This document shows positions 18,989-28,700 of a stretch of 64,000 nucleotides of DNA, in pieces. Source of the DNA: a virus. The position numbers and the translations under genes are program-made. The stretch lies in the IMG/VR virus record IMGVR_UViG_3300049491_000357, positions 1-64,000 of that record; one strand, 5' to 3'. Under the pieces are notes generated by a model. The model saw only the letters and a program-made list of their open reading frames with translations, made no database searches and had not been told where the DNA came from. Within the stretch, counting starts at the first letter, position 1. Each line of letters opens with the position of its first letter.

Positions 18989-21202
18989 TCAGGCAGGAAG
19001 CCACTCGACTTCATCGATGAAGGCGTTCAAGGGGACCGCCCCAGCGTTGATGAAGCCTACCGCAAGGAATATAGGGTATTCACCAGCACCATTGTCTGCG
19101 GTGTAAGCACCCATGTCGTACGTCACGAAAACGTCAGGCCCAACCGTTGTGATACTGGTCTGACACCCATACCCATCAACGTTGTTTGCAAGCACTGGAT
19201 TTCCAAGAGGACGGCCAAGATCGAGCCTGCTTGTTATCCCAGGGATGGCGATTTGAAGTACAACCCCATTGGGGTGATCCGTAACGGTGTTACCCGCAAA
19301 CGGGACGATACTCTCAAAGAATGTTGCAGCCAGCCCTCGAATACGGAATTTGCCTGTACTACGAGCTGCCCCTGTATCGAACGCCCTAAAGTAAACTCGA
19401 ATCCAGTTGACCCCATCCCCGGCCAAAACTGCTGCATAGTCGGGCTGACCAACAGGTTTGGCGATCGTGTAATCAGTTTGCGGGTAAACGAGGCGATCCC
19501 CCGCAACCTGAAGATGATCGGCAGTAGGGCCAGGGAAAGAAGTCAAAACAGCAGTCGAGTCATACTTATTGATGGGAGTGGGCTCAACCGTAAGAGTGGG
19601 GTTAAGCGCCACCAGCTTGTAGCGAAACCGCTCGTCACGGAAAGGCTCATATGTACTGGTTGAGGATCCTGCTACACCAGGGGCTGTCTGAGGCCACGAG
19701 TTGAAGATCCATCGATCTCCTTGAGCATCAGAGTCCGAAGACCAAGGCCGATTTGAGTTGACCCTGATACGAGAACGCCCAAAATCACCGGGGAACGTGT
19801 ATGGGGTTGGGGAGGTGATCGCCAAAACAGGAGTCAGGTCTTGTACCTGATGCCCAGGAAGGGGGGCCGCAGCTGCTGTGTAGAGGGCTCCCCCTGTTGG
19901 TCGGAGCTGGTAGTAAGCCCTACCTGCCTTGCCTCCACCAAAGTCGACAAAGTCGAATTCAATGGGGTCTTCAGTCGTTACAAAGTCCGCTGGGAGATTG
20001 GGTCCTGAAATCTTTCCAGGCAACCACCCATTACCCACCAAGCCGTTAACCCGAAGGTCACTGTTCCACTGAAGGTCTACAGCCCCATTGCTGTAGTGAG
20101 CGACGCCTGAGATCAGCACCGTTGAGGGTACGCCAACCGGAGTGGCTGTCCAAGACGCGACAGCAGGAACCGTCGCCGACAAGATATCTTGAAAGATATA
20201 ACGACGATTGAGGGCGCTAAGTCCAGGGTCGTCTGTTGGAACAGCATCGTACGAAGTCGTTGTCGGGTCTGCCGAATACACATTTGCTGCCGTAAAGTTA
20301 ACGGCCAAAGCAGCAGATGCGATGGACGCATCAGACACCACATACGTTTCCCGCCAGTGCACAATCAGATAGGACCCATTGGAACCGGCTGAGATACCAG
20401 GTAGGGTAATAACGTACCGTGCGATTTGGTAAGCAAAGAAGTCTGACGAGAAGTCGACGTAGCTGTAGGCCGTGAGATCCCGTTGGTACCCAGTTCGATC
20501 CGACAAGCTAATCTGGTCCAAACCAACGTTAGCCGAGGTGTATGCAGGTTGGGCTGTTGTTCGTAGCAGATCACTGAAATCCGCTGAAGGGCAGGTCAGG
20601 GCTCCCGGACGATTTACCGTAGACCCCAACCAAAGGGCGGCGTAGAGACTTGTCGTACCAGCGTTGGCGAAATCCCCATCGGTGGAGAAGTAAACAGCCA
20701 AAACGCCACGATCAGCTGGATACAGAAATGCCTCGAATCCCGTAGGAGGAGTTGCTCCAACGGGCCAGATGAAGTGTGAGAAAACAGCGGCTGCTCCAGA
20801 TGTCCAAGCTCCACCTTGCACGGAAGGAGTCGTCAACGTGTCCCAGTATGGGACTCCCGAGTTCGGGATGACAAATGGAGTCGTCTGATTGAACCCTGCC
20901 CGATTAGGCCGAATCGGGAACAAATCCTTAGCCTGAACGATGAAGTCCAGAACAGACTCTCCGTCTACTGTCCCCCCAACAGAGGACAACACAAGCTGCC
21001 CTGTTGTGGCGTCCGTCGGGTTAACCCCAATCGCTGACGCCATGTGGGCATCAACAGGGTCGTTGATGTGCGCCAAAAGGGCTGCATTGCTTCCACCCCC
21101 ACCACCGCCAGGGATGATGAAAGCTGATGCGTTTACTACCCCGGCAGGAAGCTTACCAGGACCAGGATTGACAGAAGTGAGAGGGTCTTTGGAGGACGGC
21201 AT
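18989..21202 (-). CDS. Tail-associated structural protein (737 aa)
   Basis: N-terminal LLAHINDPVDAHMASAIG, a His motif common in phage fibre proteins. ATG 2 nt after the upstream TTA; ends TGA. Confidence 0.7.
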   Translation of the reverse strand: MPSSKDPLTSVNPGPGKLPAGVVNASAFIIPGGGGGGSNAALLAHINDPVDAHMASAIGVNPTDATTGQLVLSSVGGTVDGESVLDFIVQAKDLFPIRPNRAGFNQTTPFVIPNSGVPYWDTLTTPSVQGGAWTSGAAAVFSHFIWPVGATPPTGFEAFLYPADRGVLAVYFSTDGDFANAGTTSLYAALWLGSTVNRPGALTCPSADFSDLLRTTAQPAYTSANVGLDQISLSDRTGYQRDLTAYSYVDFSSDFFAYQIARYVITLPGISAGSNGSYLIVHWRETYVVSDASIASAALAVNFTAANVYSADPTTTSYDAVPTDDPGLSALNRRYIFQDILSATVPAVASWTATPVGVPSTVLISGVAHYSNGAVDLQWNSDLRVNGLVGNGWLPGKISGPNLPADFVTTEDPIEFDFVDFGGGKAGRAYYQLRPTGGALYTAAAAPLPGHQVQDLTPVLAITSPTPYTFPGDFGRSRIRVNSNRPWSSDSDAQGDRWIFNSWPQTAPGVAGSSTSTYEPFRDERFRYKLVALNPTLTVEPTPINKYDSTAVLTSFPGPTADHLQVAGDRLVYPQTDYTIAKPVGQPDYAAVLAGDGVNWIRVYFRAFDTGAARSTGKFRIRGLAATFFESIVPFAGNTVTDHPNGVVLQIAIPGITSRLDLGRPLGNPVLANNVDGYGCQTSITTVGPDVFVTYDMGAYTADNGAGEYPIFLAVGFINAGAVPLNAFIDEVEWLPA

Positions 21203-21204
21203 TT

Positions 21205-23796
21205 TAACACGCCCTTGTTGAGAAGGCGCCCTTTGATATTGAAGACTGCCGCAGTGGTCGTATTGATGAGCAAGGGCTCAAAGGAGACCCCATTATTGGG
21301 GTCAAAGAATGCTTCACGAAGCAGCAACACAAGAACAAGTTGGCCTGCATGCCCAAAAGTCGAACTTGGGATCAGTTCCGCAATCATCGGAACGATATTT
21401 CGGTGTCTCTTGGCGTCGGAGAGCTGCTGAGCAAAAGCATTGGGGATATACCCCACAGGGACCGACTTGAAGTACGAACGTCCTTCAATGTCAGTGTCCC
21501 CGAGTCCTCGATCAAAGGTCACTTCCTCTGGGGCAGGAGTGTACCCTACGAAGGCCGGAAGACGCAAGAGGCCGTTGGTAGAACTGAAGTCCGTCACAGC
21601 CAAGTCGGCCGAAGCTGAGAGTTCATGGTCTCCGTTGAACGTACCTACCGACGAAGGGTAGATCCCACCCATCTGCACGTAGTTCACAGGGAACGGGTAG
21701 GCTTCGTTTTCAGAACCTGACCCTACCGCAAGGCAATAGACCGCATCCCCAACAAATCGAGGGATGACCGTCAAGGTCGTTCCTAGAGAACTAGACCGAA
21801 TGGTTTGAGGGGCTCGTGCCTCGTAGTAGATCGTCATCTGCTCATTGTTTTGAGGCAAAGGACGGATCGCCGTATACGTGACCTGTAGGGTATCCCCAGG
21901 CACCGTAAAGTCGAGAGGATTGGTAAAGGTGACGTATCTCCCCGAGGGGTCGAGAAGCGTGCCTCCGATGATGGGCACAGCATTTTTGAGCACGGCGACA
22001 ATCGTGTCGACTCGCTCAGGCAACATGAAAAAGTCGTAAGGCCCTGGAGCCTCCGAGTTCGACTCAAAAACAGCCGTTGTGATGTTGGTCGTCACATACT
22101 GAAGCTGAACTTCTCTGTGCGGAGCGTCGATGGTATTGCTTGGGGCCAGGGCAGAAAAGCTGACTGGTGCCGCCGCAGGTAGTTGGCCCGGGTTGTTGAC
22201 AAAGAAGGAGCCCGCAAACGTGTCTGTGGGGGTTCGGGTAAGACCTTCGCCTCGCGGATAAGCCACCACCAAAGTCAAGTACAGGGGTTCGGTCGAGAGA
22301 CCAAACCCTACAATGTTGCCAACGGTTACGGTCAGAGGAGCAAGGGGCACCGTCCCAAAGCCCGTCACGCTGGTCAGCAGCATCTGACGGGTTACCTGAC
22401 CCGGTGTACCAACCCACCACCCATCAACCAGGTCAACGAACTGTACTCCAGCAGAGTTGTAGGCAGCCCAGTTAAAGGGGGCAAAGGGGGAGATCTCCAG
22501 CGCTGTAGGCTGCACAGTCACCACTGACCCGGGTAGCCAACCACCACCTGGGGCATTGATTTTGACTACGACCGTCTCATACACACACCGGTCTGAGAAG
22601 AACCGCCGGGTTGCATCAAACTGCCCGATCAACGTCCCACCAGGGGTATCCCCCGTGATGATCCCGTCTCCGCCGTTTGCGTTCGAGATACCAATCTCAT
22701 CCGCTGCAAAGACCGAGTGCCCGTCGTAGCCCCCGCCTTGTAGGGCGTTCGTCCACTCAGTACGGATCTTGTTGTCGAAAAGGAAGTTGAGATTCTTGGT
22801 TAGAATCTCGCTAAAATCCCACCCGTTCGGGGTCACACCCGTTCGGAGGTCAGCGATATCCCGAGGCACAAAGATGTCGTAGAACAAGCTATCTGGTCGA
22901 TCACTCGGACCAGGGGAAGCTACGCCGCCGTTTTGATTGGTGTTGCGATCAAAGGCATTGGAGTTACGTCGAAACACGACCGCCAAAGGGATCGCGTACA
23001 TGTACCCATCTACCGTACCAAGAGCGTTCGTAGGGATACCATCCCCTGCCCGCCAAAGACCTGCGTCCCCGGCTGCATCCTGGCTAACATAGGGGAAGAT
23101 GGTTGCAACTCCATCCGGGGTTGCAGCGTTCGGAGGAACCGAGTTAGCCACCACCGTAGGGTCATTGATGACCAGAGGGAACGCGAAAGGATCGACTCCC
23201 TGGATGACTCGAAGTCGATATTGAATCTGTACTCGTTTGGTAGACTCCGATCCCAACGTCGCATCTTTGATGTCATCAGGGAAATTCAGGAGGGCATCAT
23301 CTGCGGGGGAGATCTTAACGTTACCGTCTCGCCAAATACGACCTGACGGGCTCTTACCGTCAAGAGAAGGAGCTGCCGTAAGCAGCCGTCGCCAAACCTC
23401 CAACACGACGAAGTCAGCTCGCTTAGCCCCGGGGCCAACAGGGGCAAGCCCCATATCGATCGTGTTCGTCCCGTCGTTTTTGCCTGTGTTTTGGACAGGG
23501 ATGATCCACCCATTCACATGGGACAGAAGCGTAGGTGAGGCGTAAAAATTCGCAGTGGGGGACGGAAGGAAGATGGCCTCCGACATGTCACTGGAGGCCA
23601 AAAAGTCCGCCGACAGCCACCCAGAGGGCATGGCCACACGAAGAGCTAGTTGTCCTGCACCCCCATCAACATCCTGCTGAAGGTTTAGCTCTGTGTCGAG
23701 AACTGGCTTTCCGGCCTGAAATACAGTCGTCTCCCACGCACGACCATCCGGGTTCAGGTAGCCGCTTACACCAGGTCCGAAGTTTTTGGATCCCAT
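21205..23796 (-). CDS. Tail/baseplate structural protein, paralog of 6682..11007; ends at putative TTA stop
   Basis: MGSKNFGPGVSGYLNP...VFQAGKPVLDTELNLQQD matches the N-terminus of 6682..11007. In-frame TTA at 21205-21207 after ...IKGRLLNKGV. Confidence 0.75.
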
Positions 23797-23870
23797 GTTT
23801 TACACCCTGGCTTCTGTAACAGAAGACCTTCGATGATGGTCGATGCATACGGTCTTCATACGACGCCGAC

Positions 23871-24515
23871 TAAGAAGGAAAGCCGCCAGACGATCGTGAG
23901 CGTCGAAGTTGCAGGCTTGTTGATGACAGGAAACGTCAAGTAGTTGACCAACGTCTCTTTGGTGGTGAGGTCTACGGTAGGGTTGTACGGACCGTTTGGA
24001 GGAGAAACGGGGTTCTTGATCGACAGGTTCGTAGAGACGTTACCCCCGATGATCCCCATCTCAACCAAAGGTCCAACCGCCTCGGCTTCCGTGAACGTTG
24101 TTTGGAAGTCGACGACATTGGTCGGGATGGCTACCGGAAGCCCACCCCCGTCGATGAACTGAGTATTCGAGAAGGTTTTTCGAGTGATCTCAGCGTACAG
24201 GGCTCGTTGGGTGTTCGTTGGAGCCGGAGGAGCCATGGGGTTCCACCCGGTATCTCCTGTACCCACAGCCAAGCAAAAACACCCGTGAGGGGGTTCCTGC
24301 GAGTCCTTCATCAGACGTGCGATCAGGATCGAAGCATCCTTGACGACAAGATTCCGCTTCTCCCACTCATGTTGAAGCTCACCTGTAGCCCCGTCATGCA
24401 TCTTGATGAAAACGTCTCCCCGAATGTAGAATCGGGCGTTTTCATCGTACTTTGGAGATAGGACTACCCCCAAGTTACCTTCAGTGGTTGGAGAAAAAGC
24501 CTCGACATTTTTCAT
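23871..24515 (-). CDS. Baseplate/tail-collar-type protein; ends at putative TTA stop
   Basis: ATG 24515 (MKNVEAF) with GAGGG upstream. Motifs NLVV...LAVGTGDT...L..EITRK...EMGIIGG...TFPVINKPATSTLTIVWRLSF are typical of this phage family, which ends on the xWxxxF strand; TTA follows immediately. Confidence 0.75.
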
Positions 24516-24545
24516 CTGTATTTCCCTCTGTGCATCTGAAGGGTC

Positions 24546-24554
24546 CGATAAGAG
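24546..24554 (-). promoter_or_regulatory. Candidate late-promoter motif, copy 3
   Basis: CTCTTATCG about 31 nt upstream of ATG 24515. Confidence 0.4.
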
Positions 24555-24564
24555 GAACCGCGGT

Positions 24565-25743
24565 TCAGGGCTGTAGAATGATGGTTGTGGTGGGTCCTGG
24601 GGGGATAGGCCCCAGATTGTTGGCGCAGATGAAGACAGGAGGCGTGGCCATACTCGTGTTGTCAAACAATAGCCAGGCTGAATTGTTGAGCAGTGATACA
24701 AAAGATGGGTCCCAAGGCTCGGTAAACGTAGCTGTGCATGGCCCATCCACAGCTTGAGGGCCAACATCCACATGTTGAACCTGAAGGTTTGTCCGCGCCT
24801 CAACCAACCTGGGGAAGGCAGCCCACAGCACAGTCTGGCTGTTCAGAGAGCCTGCCAGAGCTGCGGAAGTCCCGAATGTGTAGAGGACCGGGGGGTCCGC
24901 CATCACGGGAAACGCGTAAACATCAAACGCCTTCGTACAGACCTCAACCGAGTCGACCTGGATGATCGAGTCGCTGACCGCAGCATCCAGAGCGGGGCTG
25001 AAGTAAACGAGACCTGCGTGATCCGTCAGAAGGCCGCTTTGAACTTCGCCCGAAAACTTGGCAATTGGGATGGATGTTGCCAGCGTAGGCTCAATCCACT
25101 GAAGCTTCTGGGTCGCAGGCACGACCGTCAGACCAGAGATTGCCGAAACAATCCCGGGACCGACCGTCGTGACGTACCACTCAGCCGCCGTCATGTCTGT
25201 CCCCAAGAGGAGCACAACCGCCCGAGGGTTAGAAGCCCCCTGTTCGGACGTAACCGACGTAACGGGGACCACGTTGCCTTGGATATCCGTGACCAGGTAC
25301 GAGGCAGGGTCAAGAATCGCAACGTTCAACAACATCGGTTCCGAGAACACCAGACGAAGGCGAGTTTTTCGAACGCCGACCGGCAAGTACTGGGGAATCG
25401 ATGGGACGCCTGTAAACGTGGCAGTTTTGAAGAGCGGGTTGAGAATGGCACCCGACTGGCTCAAAGCCGCCGTTACGGTAACCGTGTACACCCCGAACAG
25501 CTGAACCGACGTTATCAGCCTGATGGTTGTCGCATTGTAGACCTGTACGGCAACAACCGTTAGACCAGGGATTGAGTAATTCGCAGAGTCTAGGATTGGA
25601 GGGAACCCTAGATTCAGAGGGAGAGAGAATTGAACAAGGACCGTCGTGGGGTCTAGCGCCAAGGCCCCAATAACACGAAACGAATCTGCGGCACTCCCAT
25701 AGGGGCTTGACCCGTACTCGTCTTGTCCAAAAGCTCCAGCCAT
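24565..25743 (-). CDS. Ig-like-domain virion protein
   Basis: Two VxFSxP...LDxAxY Ig-like (SbsA/Big_5-type) repeats; N-terminal FGQDEYGSSPYG; ends TGA. Confidence 0.65.
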   Translation of the reverse strand: MAGAFGQDEYGSSPYGSAADSFRVIGALALDPTTVLVQFSLPLNLGFPPILDSANYSIPGLTVVAVQVYNATTIRLITSVQLFGVYTVTVTAALSQSGAILNPLFKTATFTGVPSIPQYLPVGVRKTRLRLVFSEPMLLNVAILDPASYLVTDIQGNVVPVTSVTSEQGASNPRAVVLLLGTDMTAAEWYVTTVGPGIVSAISGLTVVPATQKLQWIEPTLATSIPIAKFSGEVQSGLLTDHAGLVYFSPALDAAVSDSIIQVDSVEVCTKAFDVYAFPVMADPPVLYTFGTSAALAGSLNSQTVLWAAFPRLVEARTNLQVQHVDVGPQAVDGPCTATFTEPWDPSFVSLLNNSAWLLFDNTSMATPPVFICANNLGPIPPGPTTTIILQP

Positions 25744-25759
25744 AAGTCCATGTCCGATG

Positions 25760-28700
25760 TCATGAGTCGATGGAGATTAGCACAGAAGCCGTTGCTGGGT
25801 CACGAGTTAGTTTGTAGTCGTGGAACGCTCCGTCGTACCAATCGAAGGGGATGCCACCCAACACTGCGAGAGTATTTTGGTCGACGAGCAACACATACCG
25901 TTCGCCTAGCGGAGTCGTCACGAAAGCAAGGCTCAACGTGAATCCAGCGGAAGACGAGAAACCAAGACGTACCTGAGAGTCCCCAAGGCCCAACGTGGTG
26001 TCCTGAAGAACCCGCATCCGGAATTTCACCTCTGTCACCAGAGACAGAGAGTCCGGCAAAGACGTTGGGTTACGGTAAACCGTTCGAGTAGGGCCCGTTG
26101 TTGCGTAGGTCAGCACCCCAGAGAACGGAGTTGCTGACACGTTGGCGGGAACATCAGAGACGAGCTGCCATGCAGGCGTGTTTCCCGAGTTCTCAGGAAG
26201 AACAGCCCCGTCGTAAACCAGGCAGACCTCTTTCGTCCAGTACAACGTACCCCAGTCGGGGGTCTCACAAGAGTCACAGAATGGGGTGATGAGATTCTGT
26301 TCGCCGACACTCTTTTCGGTGACTACCAGGCTCGTATAGAGCACATCATCAGGGATTTTGAGGGTGTGTCGAACAGACCCGTCGTTGAACTTGAAGTCCC
26401 CGTCAAAGTTCATCAAGTCTTCGATGCTATTGAACGAAGAGACGAACTCAGTGGTAGGTGTTGGGACCTGTACATCAGTCGATTGCGTCGAGGGAACCAG
26501 CGGCGTCCCCTCATTCAAAAGCGTGTAGGCAACCAGAAGAGGGTTCTGGAAAAAGTCGGGAGTTGTTTGGGGAGGGATCCCCGTTGAGCTGCTCCAATAG
26601 TCGGTATGGCTGTGAGGGATGCTCGTGTAGAGGTGTTCCGGGGAAGCCATCACATTCCGCTGGTTAAGAATCTGATGGTGCGGGGCAATCCTCAGCTCAG
26701 ACGGAGAACGGGTGATGCCATACCGGACGAAGTCCCAAAGAGTTGAGGACAAGTTCGTTGGGTCAAACGCTCCCCAAGCGATACAGGGGAGGCCCCCAGA
26801 CAAGACTGTGGGTACACCAGCGCTTGACGGCGGGACTTCGAGTTCGTTGTACCCAATGGTGATGAGAGGCTGTGGCGTCGAGTCCAGAATAAGGGTGAGA
26901 TTCCCATCAGGCACTCTTGCAATGCGGTACTTGTGGGGTACCGTCCAATCAACCTCCTGGGGGACTCGGTAGTTAACGATCGAGGGCTGCACCGGAAAGG
27001 TTATAACCGAGGAGACCGTGAGAGTTGTCGGGGTCACCGATCCAATCGTGTAGACCCCCTTGTTTGAGCCGTTGTCAATAACAAGTTGGTCTCCGACCAA
27101 CACCCCTGCGACAACGAAATCAGCAAGGGGGTCATTCAGAACGTTCCCAACAACGGCTGCTCCAACTCCGTTTGCTGTCAGCGGGAGATGGTACCCAATC
27201 AGCGAGTCTGAGTCGGTTCCTTTCCAGAAACCTACCCACTTTTGGGTGCTAGGCAGGACACGCCAGATGTTGGCGTAAAACCAATCTACGTTCGACGTTG
27301 CGCCCATAGAGATGGGTGTAGATGAACCCCAAGAGATAATACCGGTGGCAGGCCCCACCACACCAGAGAAGTTGACGTAAGGTACTGTCCCCAGGAGTGC
27401 ACCATCTGCCATGACGGTGATGGTGCCCCCAGTCTTGACCATTCGGAGGATGTGGGGTTCATCGTCATCCCACTCAAATGGGAACTGCACCGGACCAGGG
27501 AGAAGGCTACCCTCAGAGTGGGGGGCAACGTATCTCACTCCCGCGATGTCGAGGAACAAGAGCCCAAGATCTCGGCTTCCGTCGTAGACACTGCACTGAA
27601 CCCCAGAAAAGCCGCCCGGATCAGGGGTGTGGGATCGGACATGGCACTTGAACTCAAACATCCAGTCCGTGGTGGCGTCCACGATTCTAGCGTCAGTGCC
27701 GACACCAGCCACATCGTCTCGGAAGTACACCCGACCATCCGTCAACGACGTGTCGTTGATACGCAGGGTCCGTCCAATCATCTCTACCGCTGAGCCACCA
27801 AGAGGGGTCCAGGGGGTGGGCAGGAAGTCTTGAGGGAAGCTTCGACCCCCATAGGAGAATTTCGGAGCTGCTTTTCCTGGGAAAAAACAGAGTTGGAGAA
27901 GGCGTTTACCGTCATCGATGGCAGCCATCACAGCATTGGGAGTAATCCCATGCGTCTCCGTAAGGAGCTGAACATTTACGTCCAGGATGACATCGCTGGA
28001 TACCGCCAAAAGAGGCTCAATCCTTAGGAATCCTCTGAAGTCACCCCCTACCAACCCAACTGCTGCCTCCGTGGCTAGGTCCGTGGCGGAAGTGGAATCC
28101 ACCTGGAGGGCGCTCGACGTTACAATGGACTCGTTTCCGTGGTAGCCCACTGGAGTCCATGGAGGGGTAGCCGTCTCGGGGAAGTCGTTGCCCTCGTAGG
28201 ATACGAAAACACTGGGAGCGGTTTGGTAGGGGTTCGTCGGGAGAATGAGGTACCGGACGAAGTCCCACGTGCTCTGGTTGACTGCGGGCCGAGAAAGGCT
28301 TCCGAAGTATACGTTTTGAACTTGATTGAAGGGGTCGTTTAGCTCCTCCAGGAAGGGGAGTTCATCCTCCAATACGCGTAGATTCTCGACGATTTCCCCG
28401 TCAAAATAGACCCTAACTACCCCGTTGGCCTGGAAGATGCGGAAACTGTGGAGAAGGGTCCAGTCTAGGTCCGCCGGAAGGCCAGTTGAGGTGTTACCCG
28501 AAAGCCCACCAGTCCAGGCAGTTACCTGAGACGGGTCGTTACCGAAGCCCCTCTTCAAGATACCAACCTGTTTGACGCCAGCCACCTCGACATAGCCAAC
28601 GACGATTGCTTTTTTAGAGTCCGAGAATCCAACAGCCAAGCCCGACCATACACCCTCAAATACCGTCACTGCATTGATTTGGACTTGCCAAGTAGCTGCA

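Noticed and set aside
24516-24803. N-terminal extensions in the ORF track (also 31933..32136, 18936..19004, 2242..2382)
   Set aside because: They overlap upstream genes; better starts with SD or tight spacing exist at 24515, 31932, 18935 and 2241/2211.
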